A stretch of DNA of 32,000 bases from Nostoc punctiforme PCC 73102 (GCF_000020025.1 NC_010628.1:2280001-2312000); one strand, 5' to 3'; shown: positions 9,250 through 18,546, counted from the first letter of the stretch. Made by a program: numbers and translations. Notes: generated from the letters alone by a model not told the origin.

Positions 9250-9492
9250 GGGCAGAGCCTGAGACGTTTCCGTTGTTTTATATTCAGCTTCATCTAGGTG
9301 AGAAAAACTTTGCGGTCATAAACTACGCTTACTTCCTCTAACCGCAGATTTCTCCTCATCAGCAGTTCGGTGTCTGTTACGTTATATACATCGTTTGTTG
9401 GATAAGAATAAGACGTTATGTGTAATTTTATGTTCAAAAATTAAATAGGAGTTTTCTATAAAAGTTAAAATGGCATAAACCTGGAGAAAACG

Positions 9493-10848
9493 ATGACATT
9501 AGAAACAGAGACACTACAGGCGACATCATCAACTTCTACCTTTGAAACACCTGAAAATCAGCAGGAATTTAACTGGAGACAATCTTGGTATCCTGTCTGT
9601 TTTCTGCAAGATTTGCCTACAAATCGTCCTTATACTTTTTCGTTATATGAAGAACCCTTCGTTTTGTTCAAAGACCAAAATGGACAGCTTATCTGTTTAA
9701 CGGATCGTTGTTCCCACCGTGCAGCTAGACTTTCTGATGGACAAATTATTGACGGCAAAATAGAATGTTCATACCACGGTTGGCAGTTTGGCAATAATGG
9801 TCAATGTCTACACATTCCCCAGTTAGCAAGCGATGCAAAAATTCCGGTAAATGCTTGCGTGCCATCCTTTAAAGTCTTGGAACGTCAAGGTATCATTTGG
9901 ATGTGGGCAGGTGAAGCTGAAACAGCTATTGATGAGCTAATTCCATCACTACCAGATTGGAACAAGCCGGAATGCTTCAACTTAGACTATGTACGTGACC
10001 TACCTTACGACCAAAGCTATTTTATTGAAAATATTATTGACCCAGCTCATGTTCCAATCAGTCATGATGGCATCATTGGAAGTCGAGAAGATGCCCAAGC
10101 GTTAGACATAGAAGTCATTGAAAGCAATATTCAGGGAATTAAGGGAAGGTGGCAACGAACACGGACACCCAATCTGCCTTGGATTTCATTAGATTTCATT
10201 GCTCCGAATTTGATTCTTTACAAATTTGCTAATGTACAGCAAGGTAAATTTTGGGGTACAGCCTTGTATTCAATTCCACTAGGCAAGAATAGATGTCGGA
10301 TTCTCATCAGAAATTATAGTAACTCTTTTCCCCAAAAAACCAAGCTGATGCCTCCCTGGTTAGATCACATCTTGATAAGAAACAAAATCTTGGAAGGTGA
10401 TTTGCAATTAGTTGTTGAACAAAAAGCGCAAATTGAGCGTTTGAAAAAAAATCTCAAAGAAGTGTATTTACCTCTGAAAACATCTGATACTTTGGTGGTT
10501 GAGTATCGCAAGTGGCTAGATAAATTTGGGTCATCTTTGCCGTTTTATCAAGGTTATTCCACCTCAAAAAATGTCGGGAATAGCGAGTCCGATGAAAAGT
10601 TGATAACATTAGACCGATTTTCGCAACATACAATTATTTGTCATTCCTGCAATCAAGCTTATCAAGTGACAAATAAAGTTAGACAAAGTTGTATAGGGGT
10701 AGCGATCGCTTTAGCTGCTATAGGGATACTTGCAGATGATTCTAGAATCAGAATAGCAGCAATATCGGTTTCTATAACAGCAATTGTAATATCCGCTATG
10801 GCTCAGACACTCAAAACTCACTTTGAGCGTTCCTACACTCGTCACTAA
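9493..10848 (+). CDS. Rieske [2Fe-2S] oxygenase of the PAO/Tic55/LLS1 family
   Basis: Rieske ligands CSHRAARL ... CSYHGWQF, a C-terminal CHSC (CxxC) and a terminal hydrophobic anchor, as in pheophorbide a oxygenase-like proteins. Confidence 0.8.
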   Translation: MTLETETLQATSSTSTFETPENQQEFNWRQSWYPVCFLQDLPTNRPYTFSLYEEPFVLFKDQNGQLICLTDRCSHRAARLSDGQIIDGKIECSYHGWQFGNNGQCLHIPQLASDAKIPVNACVPSFKVLERQGIIWMWAGEAETAIDELIPSLPDWNKPECFNLDYVRDLPYDQSYFIENIIDPAHVPISHDGIIGSREDAQALDIEVIESNIQGIKGRWQRTRTPNLPWISLDFIAPNLILYKFANVQQGKFWGTALYSIPLGKNRCRILIRNYSNSFPQKTKLMPPWLDHILIRNKILEGDLQLVVEQKAQIERLKKNLKEVYLPLKTSDTLVVEYRKWLDKFGSSLPFYQGYSTSKNVGNSESDEKLITLDRFSQHTIICHSCNQAYQVTNKVRQSCIGVAIALAAIGILADDSRIRIAAISVSITAIVISAMAQTLKTHFERSYTRH

Positions 10849-10857
10849 AATCCTGAA

Positions 10858-11095
10858 TGGGAGGAAATTCAAAGTCTCTCTCCTAGAAGGCTACGGTATA
10901 CACACAAGTCTAAAAATTCCACCTGAAACTTGGTTTCGTTGCCCTAAGCTCTAAATTAGCCAAAGAAGTGGAATTTCAAGTTCCCCAAAATTTGGGTACT
11001 TCTGGAGCTAGAAAAGTTGAAACCTATGCGGCAATACTTGTGTGTCCACCGTAGCCTGCTAGGAGAGAGATTTAGAGAGGTTTTCCAGAACCTGT
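10858..11095. mobile_element. MITE-like non-coding inverted-repeat element
   Basis: Core arms are 10875-10909 (tctctctcctagaaggctacggtatacacacaagt) and 11036-11070 (acttgtgtgtccaccgtagcctgctaggagagaga). They are reverse complements at 32 of 35 positions. There is no ORF between them. Confidence 0.6.
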
Positions 11096-11153
11096 GAAGA
11101 GTCAACGGTAAATGGGTATTAAATATTTTTTGAGCAATTTAAAATAGATACAT

Positions 11154-11183
11154 GCCTTCTGTTATTCTCTAGCAAGAGAAGGC
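11154..11183 (-). terminator. hairpin downstream of the 11228 CDS
   Basis: gccttct ... agaaggc gives a 7-bp stem with a 16-nt loop. On the minus strand a partly T-rich tract follows. Confidence 0.3.
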
Positions 11184-11227
11184 AAATCTTCAGAGATAGA
11201 ATGGAAGTAATTGGTTGAGTTTAATAT

Positions 11228-11620
11228 TTAGTCAATGCTTACTTGCTTAAGCAAAGCTATCCACATATCAGATGGATCGGAATAATAATCAACTTCTTCT
11301 ACTTGATATTGATAAGATTCACAACCTTCTCGTAAAATAATGCGATCGCATGGTTTAACGCCTTTCCCTACTCCAGTCATATATCCGAGCATTCCTTGGT
11401 TGAGGCGCTCAAATACGTAGTCACTTCCCCAGGCTAGTTGGCTATAATCGTGTATTTTATTTTTCTTCTTTAATTCGCTTACTGGAAAGTTAACTAGAGT
11501 TAACTTGCTTAAAAAACTAAAACTTAAGTTCATACCTGTCCCGATCAAAGACATAAGTGAGTTCTCCCAAAGAAGAAATCTATAACGAAGAGTTCTGGAC
11601 TCTAGGTGAATCTCAATCAT
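11228..11620 (-). CDS. hypothetical protein
   Basis: 130-aa ORF. The true start may be an internal Met (MSLIG or MNLSF). The C-terminal half (GVGKGVKPCDRIILREGCESYQYQVEEVDYY) looks like a small conserved cyanobacterial domain I cannot name with confidence. Confidence 0.5.
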   Translation of the reverse strand: MIEIHLESRTLRYRFLLWENSLMSLIGTGMNLSFSFLSKLTLVNFPVSELKKKNKIHDYSQLAWGSDYVFERLNQGMLGYMTGVGKGVKPCDRIILREGCESYQYQVEEVDYYSDPSDMWIALLKQVSID

Positions 11621-12054
11621 TTATTTAGTCACCAATCCAGAACCGAACAGGTGGACACTCTAGTTATGAATCAACTGCATTGACAGCTAGTAAAGGAATT
11701 TATTTATCACCCAATGTCCAATTAAGTTGCCTACACCCAATAACTAGCAAAAGTAAATTACAAGCAGTTCGTCGAAAAGATAATTAAAAGTAATTTTAAA
11801 AGATGATTAATAATTTACAATTAATTTTTCTTAATTCTTAATTATTAGCCTTTAATTTTACTTCACAATATCTTTTATCAACAATCATTTAAATTTACAG
11901 TATCATCAATCGCAGATTCAACTGTAAAATCACCGAATTATTACATAAAGCTGGTGAGATATAAGATTTTTTTACTGGACTAGATAATCTAAAATTATAA
12001 ATCTTTTATGTCTTGAGAATGCGATCTATGTATATTTTTTAATATAAATAAGTT

Positions 12055-12651
12055 CTAGCCCCTACTTGTAGTTTTTAGAGCGACATCTATCTGCTTCAGT
12101 AGTCTTTCTAGGGTGGAAGAGTTATCTAAAACTACATCTGCACGAGCTACTTTTTCTTCGATAGATACTTGGCTATTGATCCTGGCTTGTGCCTGTTCTG
12201 TATTTAAATGGTTTCGTTGTATCAATCTTTGTAATTGTTGCTCTTGAGAACAACACACTACCCAAATTTCTGTAACCAAATCAGTCATTCCCGCTTCAAA
12301 TAATAGAGGCACTACTAACACCAGTGTTTGTAAGGAAGATTGGGCAATTGCTTTGAGAAAGCGATCGCGCACATCAGGATGAATTAAATTGTCTATCCAT
12401 TTGCGTTCATCTTGACGATTAAAGATAATTTCGCCTAGCTTTTGGCGGTTGAGGCTGCCATCTGGTAATAAAATTTGTTCGCCGTAACGTTTAGCGATCG
12501 CACCAAGAATAGGCGAACCTAAAGATACTGCCTCTCTCGCATAAATATCTGCATCCAGAATCGGCAGGTTATAAGCGCTAGCTAAATAATTGGTGACAGT
12601 GGTTTTGCCTGTGGCAATACCTCCGGTTAAGCCGATTATACGTTTTATCAT
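12055..12651 (-). CDS. coaE: dephospho-CoA kinase
   Basis: The N-terminal P-loop IGLTGGIATGKTTV, the 198-aa length and the overall pattern are typical of CoaE. Confidence 0.9.
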   Translation of the reverse strand: MIKRIIGLTGGIATGKTTVTNYLASAYNLPILDADIYAREAVSLGSPILGAIAKRYGEQILLPDGSLNRQKLGEIIFNRQDERKWIDNLIHPDVRDRFLKAIAQSSLQTLVLVVPLLFEAGMTDLVTEIWVVCCSQEQQLQRLIQRNHLNTEQAQARINSQVSIEEKVARADVVLDNSSTLERLLKQIDVALKTTSRG

Positions 12652-12678
12652 TTTTAATTTCTTATTGCGTGTTTGATA

Positions 12679-14268
12679 CTAATAATTTGTTGCCCATATT
12701 ATTAATGCTTGGGTTAAACCATCTAAAGTATATTCTTGGGCTTCCACATCTACACGCCCGAATAAATCATGACAAGTTTTAGAGGTTTGAGGCCCGATAG
12801 AAGCAATACAAACGTTCTCTAAGAGTTGACTAACATCAGAATTTTGGGAGAATATCTTTTCAGTAAGCTGATAGAAAAATTGCACAGTTTTAGAACTGGC
12901 AAAGGTAATTACATTTACATTATGGTTTTGGAGAGCTAACTCTGCTCCAGATGGAATACTACTAGGACAACAGGATTGATATGCGGCAACTTCTATCACC
13001 TTTGCTCCCTTGAGAGTTAATTCCTTAACCAAAATTTCTCTTCCGCCACTTTCAACTCTGGGGAATAAAACTTTTTTACCATCCAGTTTCTCTGGGAAAT
13101 TTTCTATTAAAGAATCTGCAACAAAGTTGGGGGGAATAAAATCTGGTTGGAGAGAGTATTGTTTGAGACTATTGGCTGTTTTCTCGCCAACGACGGCAAT
13201 TTTTACACCTGCTAAGGCACGGGTATCTTTACCTTGGGCGATTAACCTTTCAAAAAAGTAATCTATGCCATTGCTAGAAGTGAGAATTAACCAGTCGAAC
13301 TGAGATAAATGAGCGATCGCATCATCCAAAGCTTCCCAACTGGAGGGCGGGCCGATTTCTAAGGTAGGCATTTCGATGACTGTTGCACCTAATGTGGTGA
13401 GGCGATCGCTAAATGTACTCGACTGTCCAACTGAACGTGTCACCAAGATTGTTTTACCAGTGAGGGGTTCGGGAGAGGCGGAGAGGTTGTTTAACATTGG
13501 AGTTTGGGCTGTAGTCGAATCCTGACAATCTATTTTCTCAGGTTGTAAGTACTTATGTAGCCCAACAACTTCGCCAACAACAATTACCGCCGGGGAAAGT
13601 GATAATCCGGTGGTTTGTTCCAAAATATTGCCCAGTTGCGCTGTCCAAATTTTTTGACGAGGAGTTCCTGCCCAACGGATGATTGCAATGGGTGTTAAGT
13701 GCGATCGCCCGTGTTGCACCAGTTGATGTACAATCTCTGGCAGATGTTGCCCTCCCATCAAAATTACTAGTGTCTCCAAGCGTGAGAGTGCCTCCCAGTC
13801 TAAAACCTCTGGTTCATGAGCTGTAAGCACTGCAAAACAACGACTCAACACCGGATCTGTAAGGGGAATTCCTGCAAACAAGGGTGCTGCAAGGGCAGAA
13901 GAAATTCCTGGTATCAGTTCAAAATCACAACCAGATGCTTTCAAAGCTTCAATTTCAGAAGTGCAACGCCCAAAAATCAATGGATCGCCTGATTTGAGCC
14001 TTACAACTTGTTTTCCTTGCTGGCAATATTTTACTAGTAACTTATTAATCTCAGTTTGGGTTGTACTAGGTTTACCACCGCGTTTCCCAACATCCAACTT
14101 CAAGCAATTAGGTGGTACACACTGCAATAATTGAGCATCTACCAGGGCATCGTAGACTAAAACCTGAGCAGCAGCTAAGAGATTGTAAGCTTTTACCGTC
14201 AGATATGCCACATCTCCAGGCCCAGCACCTACAAGGTAGACTTTGCCCCTTTCTTCAATCTTAGTCAT
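12679..14268 (-). CDS. cobA/hemD: bifunctional uroporphyrinogen-III C-methyltransferase / uroporphyrinogen-III synthase
   Basis: The N-terminal half has the SUMT motifs VYLVGAGPGD and VVRLKSGDPLIFGR. The C-terminal ~250 aa (ILVTRS..., HemD-like two-lobed pattern) follows a Ser/Thr/Pro linker. Confidence 0.85.
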   Translation of the reverse strand: MTKIEERGKVYLVGAGPGDVAYLTVKAYNLLAAAQVLVYDALVDAQLLQCVPPNCLKLDVGKRGGKPSTTQTEINKLLVKYCQQGKQVVRLKSGDPLIFGRCTSEIEALKASGCDFELIPGISSALAAPLFAGIPLTDPVLSRCFAVLTAHEPEVLDWEALSRLETLVILMGGQHLPEIVHQLVQHGRSHLTPIAIIRWAGTPRQKIWTAQLGNILEQTTGLSLSPAVIVVGEVVGLHKYLQPEKIDCQDSTTAQTPMLNNLSASPEPLTGKTILVTRSVGQSSTFSDRLTTLGATVIEMPTLEIGPPSSWEALDDAIAHLSQFDWLILTSSNGIDYFFERLIAQGKDTRALAGVKIAVVGEKTANSLKQYSLQPDFIPPNFVADSLIENFPEKLDGKKVLFPRVESGGREILVKELTLKGAKVIEVAAYQSCCPSSIPSGAELALQNHNVNVITFASSKTVQFFYQLTEKIFSQNSDVSQLLENVCIASIGPQTSKTCHDLFGRVDVEAQEYTLDGLTQALIIWATNY

Positions 14269-14298
14269 TTGTCATTTGTTATTTGTTATTCGTTATTA
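14264..14298. repeat. heptanucleotide tandem repeat, 5 units (gtcattt gtcattt gttattt gttattc gttatta)
   Basis: Read directly. The first unit contains the cobA/hemD start codon (cat at 14266-14268), so the array forms the immediate 5' leader of that gene. Confidence 0.8.
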
Positions 14299-14436
14299 CT
14301 TCCCAATTCTCAATTCCCCATACTTCTCTACGAGAGGCTGCGCCCTAAGCGTAGCTATGCCGCAGGCTTTACGACTGCGCGGTAGTTGAGCGCAGTCGAA
14401 ACTCAGTACAAGTTCCGAATTCCCAATTCCCTAAAT

Positions 14437-15666
14437 TCAATTCGTTCGAATATTAATTTTTTGGATTAGCTGATCGACTTGCTCAACCATTTCCTTGTTA
14501 TCTTCAGCTTGGAATAACTCTTTGGCTTTTTTGAGATTAACGATTGCTTCTTCTAGCTGTTGTTCTCTTCCTAAAGTGATGCCCAAATTATAGTAAGTGA
14601 AGGCATCGTTGGGTACAAGGCTAATGGCTTTTTTGTAATGTGCGATCGCTTCTTGGGGTTTACCTTGATCGTCCATCGCATTTGCTAAACCTGTGTAAGC
14701 TTGTGCGTGTTTCGGATCGATGCGAATCGCTTCGGTATAGTCGGTGATTGCTTCAGTTAGCTTGCCTTGAGCGTAAAAAGCGCTTGCTAAATTATAGTGA
14801 GCGTCTGCATAGTTGGGTTCAAGGTTGAGGGCTTGTTTGTATTGTGCGATCGCTTCTTCTAGTTTGCCTTGAGCGTAGAGAGTATTTCCCAGGGCATTAT
14901 AACCTGCGGGATTTTTTGGAGAGAGGCGAATGGCTGCTGTATATTCGGCGATCGCTTCAGCTGACTTTCCTTGAGCGTATAAAGCATTTCCTAAGTAATA
15001 GTGAGCGTCTGCATATTTTGGATCAAAGCTAATGGATTTTTTGTACTGAGTCACTGCTTCTGCTAGCTCACCTCGATCGTACAGAGCATTTCCCAGACGC
15101 GTGTAAGTTGGGGCATAACTGGGTTTGAGGCGAATAGCTGCTGTATATTCGGTGACTGCTTCGGTTAGCTTACCTTGAGTGTAGAGAGCATTTCCTAAAT
15201 TATAGTGAGCGTCTGCATAGTTGGGTTCAAGGCTGAGGGCTTTTTTATATTGCGCGATCGCAGGTTCTAACTGATTTAGCCTTGCTAAAGTTAAACCCAA
15301 ATTAAAGTAGGCTCCAGAGTCATGAGGATCGAGGCTGATGGCTTTTTTGTAATGTGCGATCGCTTCTTGGGGTTTGCCTTGATCGTCGAGAGTATTTGCC
15401 AAAGCAATATAAGCTTGTACAAAATTGGGTTCAAGTTCAATCGCTTTCCGAAAAGCCACCTCTGCTCCTTTGAAATCTCCTTGTTTGTATAGATTGCTTC
15501 CTTCCTCGAAGTTAGCAACTGCATTTTTGTTGCCAGGAAGTGCTGCTCGATTTGAGCCTGGAATTTTTGATAAAACAACGCCAACATCTTTACTAAAAGC
15601 AGTATTCCCATTACTCAAACACAAGCAGATAATAGCTGCTACCAGTACATTCTTGTTTTTCAGCAT
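14437..15666 (-). CDS. secreted/periplasmic TPR-repeat protein
   Basis: Signal-peptide-like N terminus MLKNKNVLVAAIICLCLSNGNTAFS, followed by about ten 34-aa TPR units (AxAHYNLGNALYxQGKLxEAIxxYxxAIxLxP). Confidence 0.85.
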   Translation of the reverse strand: MLKNKNVLVAAIICLCLSNGNTAFSKDVGVVLSKIPGSNRAALPGNKNAVANFEEGSNLYKQGDFKGAEVAFRKAIELEPNFVQAYIALANTLDDQGKPQEAIAHYKKAISLDPHDSGAYFNLGLTLARLNQLEPAIAQYKKALSLEPNYADAHYNLGNALYTQGKLTEAVTEYTAAIRLKPSYAPTYTRLGNALYDRGELAEAVTQYKKSISFDPKYADAHYYLGNALYAQGKSAEAIAEYTAAIRLSPKNPAGYNALGNTLYAQGKLEEAIAQYKQALNLEPNYADAHYNLASAFYAQGKLTEAITDYTEAIRIDPKHAQAYTGLANAMDDQGKPQEAIAHYKKAISLVPNDAFTYYNLGITLGREQQLEEAIVNLKKAKELFQAEDNKEMVEQVDQLIQKINIRTN

Positions 15667-15847
15667 TTTTATTACCTTACCTGCTTGGTTTATATATAAT
15701 ATCGACTTGTATAGCTTTGGCGTAGTTATAGCAGGAATTATAAGTTATTAGCCTAACTTGATACAAGTGTATTCTTATATAATTGTCCATCTGCATACAA
15801 AATATAAGGCTTTATTACGAGTAAAAAGTTGTTTACTAAGTAATTGT

Positions 15848-17989
15848 TTACACTTTTGTTTCGACAATTCGAGTAATGGCTGCAATTAATTCTTCTGGGT
15901 TAACAGGCTTGGATAAATGCATTTGAAACCCAGCTTTTAGGGCTTCTTGCTGGTCATCATTTCTGGCAAAAGCAGTCAAGGCAATTGCTGGAATTCGTCC
16001 ACCTTGTTCTGGTATCAAAGTTCTCACTTGATGTATTAACATATAGCCATCCATCTCAGGCATACCAATATCGCTAACCAACACATCTGGCTTTATCTCT
16101 GCTAGGGTTTGTAATGCTTCATAAGCGGAAGATACCGCAATCACAAAAGCCCCATCTTGCTCTAGTACAAAAGCAATAAAATCTCGTGAATCAGTATCAT
16201 CATCTACAACTAAAACGCGGATGCCACTGAGGGCTAAGGAGTTAGAAGTTAAGAATACAGCAGAGTTTTGTTTATCCGTTAGGCTTCGGCTTTCATCTGG
16301 CAGAAGCGGCAAACTAACAGTAAATATTGCCCCTTTATCCTCACCTTCACTCTTCGCTTTGACAATACCGCCATGTATTTCGACGATATTACGCACAATT
16401 GCCAACCCCAATCCTAATCCACCAAAATTTCTCGTAGAGGTGCTATCTGCTTGACGGAAGTAATCAAACACGAATGGCAAAAACTCAGGGCTGATTCCTT
16501 TACCTGTATCGCTAACTATAATTTGAGCATAACCATCGGCTTGCTCTAATCGCACTTCTATTTTTCCTCCCTTGGGTGTAAATTTGAGAGCGTTAGAAAG
16601 GAGATTCCAGACGACTTGTTGCAAACGAGTCGAGTCGCCCATAACTTGTCCGACATTCGGTTCAAATACTGTACTCACTTCAATTAACTTTGTTTCTGCC
16701 GCTAAACGCATTGTTTCTAGTGCCGACAATATCGTAGACTTTAGGTTAATCTTCGTAATATCCAGTGTCAGTTTGCCCTGTAAAATTCTGGAGATATCTA
16801 GCAAGTCTTCGATGAGTTGAACTTGTAAATTGGCATTCTTCTCGATTGTGGCTAGTGCTTGCGATGTTTTTTCTTGGTCTAACCTCCGACTTTGTAATAA
16901 CTTTGACCAGCCAAGAATTGCATTTAGTGGAGTGCGTAGTTCGTGAGATAGAATGGCTAGAAATTCATCTTTAATTCGATTGGCTGTTTCTGCTTTAGCT
17001 CGTGCTATTTGTTCTAATTCCAATAAGTGCGCTCGTTCTTCAAGTATTTGTTTTTGTTCGTGGATATCCGTACATGTTCCAAACCACTTAACTACAATAC
17101 CTTGCTCATCTTTGAGTGGTAAACCTCGCGCTAGCTGCCAACGATAGGAACCATCAGAAGCGCGTTTGAAGCGATATTCATTGTTATATGTAGTGCTATT
17201 TTTTACGGCATTAGACCATATTTGATCTGCATTTTGGATATCATCTGGATGCAATGCAGCTAACCAACCAGAACCCAAGGACTGCTCTAATGTTAACCCA
17301 GTATATTCGCACCAATTTTGATTAAAAAAATCACATTCGCCGTTAGCATTAGTTGTCCATACAAGTTGAGGAATTGCCTCAGCTAGATAACGGTAACGTT
17401 CTTCACTTTGTCGGAGAACTTCTAAAATTCGTTGGCGTTCAAGGATTTCTTGTTGTAATTGTTCGTTGGTTTTGGTAATTTCATTGGTGCGAATAGCAAC
17501 CATTTCTTCTAGATGATTCTGGTATTTTCGCAGTACCTTTTCTATCCGTAAGCGTTCGGCTATTTGTGTTTGAAGTTCTTGATTTGCTTGTTCTATTTGA
17601 GCAGGGCTAGGAAGTGCTAATGCTTGCGGAACTAAAGACACAAGTTGTACTGCTGTAATTACAGATATCATGGCAGTTACTGCTTTGACAAACCCTGATA
17701 CCCAATAAGTGGGATGCCAAAGTGTCCAAATCTCTATTAAATGAGTGGTGCCGCAAGCCACAATAAATGCACTAAACAGCAAAAATATCCAATCAAAGGG
17801 TAAATCCTGCCGCTTACGGACAAAGTAAAATAGTGTAGCTGGAATCGAATAATAAGCTAGTGCAATAAATGCGTCAGATAAGATGTGTAACCAAACTAAA
17901 TTCGTTTGCCATAGATAGCAATGTCCATGTGGAATAAACGATCCTGATGTAAAAAAATTAGTCCAAAACTCTGATATAATTTCTGACAT
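15848..17989 (-). CDS. hybrid sensor histidine kinase/response regulator with an N-terminal ETR1-like ethylene-binding membrane domain
   Basis: Three-helix membrane domain (PHGHCYLWQ ... FIVACGTTHLIEIWTL), a coiled coil, a PAS domain, HisKA (SHELRTPLNAI), HATPase (GLGLGLAIV) and a receiver (VLVSDIGMPEMDG ... LSKP). Confidence 0.9.
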   Translation of the reverse strand: MSEIISEFWTNFFTSGSFIPHGHCYLWQTNLVWLHILSDAFIALAYYSIPATLFYFVRKRQDLPFDWIFLLFSAFIVACGTTHLIEIWTLWHPTYWVSGFVKAVTAMISVITAVQLVSLVPQALALPSPAQIEQANQELQTQIAERLRIEKVLRKYQNHLEEMVAIRTNEITKTNEQLQQEILERQRILEVLRQSEERYRYLAEAIPQLVWTTNANGECDFFNQNWCEYTGLTLEQSLGSGWLAALHPDDIQNADQIWSNAVKNSTTYNNEYRFKRASDGSYRWQLARGLPLKDEQGIVVKWFGTCTDIHEQKQILEERAHLLELEQIARAKAETANRIKDEFLAILSHELRTPLNAILGWSKLLQSRRLDQEKTSQALATIEKNANLQVQLIEDLLDISRILQGKLTLDITKINLKSTILSALETMRLAAETKLIEVSTVFEPNVGQVMGDSTRLQQVVWNLLSNALKFTPKGGKIEVRLEQADGYAQIIVSDTGKGISPEFLPFVFDYFRQADSTSTRNFGGLGLGLAIVRNIVEIHGGIVKAKSEGEDKGAIFTVSLPLLPDESRSLTDKQNSAVFLTSNSLALSGIRVLVVDDDTDSRDFIAFVLEQDGAFVIAVSSAYEALQTLAEIKPDVLVSDIGMPEMDGYMLIHQVRTLIPEQGGRIPAIALTAFARNDDQQEALKAGFQMHLSKPVNPEELIAAITRIVETKV

Positions 17990-18232
17990 AAATCCTGGAT
18001 TATTTTAAATCTATAAAATCTACTACTAAATGCCTTTAATTAGCCAAATTTGTTTGCATGTTTGAAATTGACTTTTATCTTGTCTAGAAAATAGGAATAA
18101 GAGAATGAGGGTACGAACCGCAGAGACGTGGAGCAGCTACTCTATAAATTCTTCAACGGAGTGTAACCGCAGAGTATTGCTCCTACTTGATGAAAATTAG
18201 GGTTTCGGCTATTGTTTGCCTAAGTCCTGTGT

Positions 18233-18366
18233 CAATAAGGTTCGGTTAAGATCCCCCCGCCTGCGGCAACCCCCTTAAAAAAGGCGTAAATGAGGGTTAA
18301 AAGTCCCCTTTAAAAAGAGGGTTTGGGGGTATCTTCAAAAGATTAAAACTTAACCGAACCGTATTT
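18233..18366. mobile_element. 134-bp MITE-like element flanked by a 10-bp direct repeat
   Basis: Terminal inverted repeats are aataaggttcggttaag (18234-18250) and cttaaccgaaccgtatt (18349-18365), matching at 16 of 17 positions. A nested inner repeat is atcccccc/gggggtat. It is flanked by agtcctgtgt at 18223-18232 and 18367-18376. Confidence 0.7.
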
Positions 18367-18546
18367 AGTCCTGTGTAATTCTAAGGGCTATGAAGGGAAC
18401 GATCAAACTTACGAAACTTGCGGACATAATTACAAAAAACACTGATAATTCCAAAATAAAACCATTCTCACCAGAATAATGATGGGAATGGTAAAAAAAT
18501 TAGGAGATGCAACAAGAAAATTTAATTTTTGCAATTCTCACTCAAC

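Noticed and set aside
9376-9389. NtcA-type site gttacgttatatac (GTT-N8-TAC) upstream of the Rieske oxygenase gene
   Set aside because: It is one mismatch from GTA-N8-TAC, but I find no TAN3T -10 box at the canonical spacing of about 22 nt. Such 14-mers are expected by chance in AT-rich spacers.
14373-14397. 8-bp GC-rich hairpin gactgcgc-N9-gcgcagtc as terminator of the TPR gene
   Set aside because: No U-tract follows on the minus strand. It lies within a GC-rich repeat-like block (14330-14400) that looks like a dispersed short repeat rather than a dedicated terminator.
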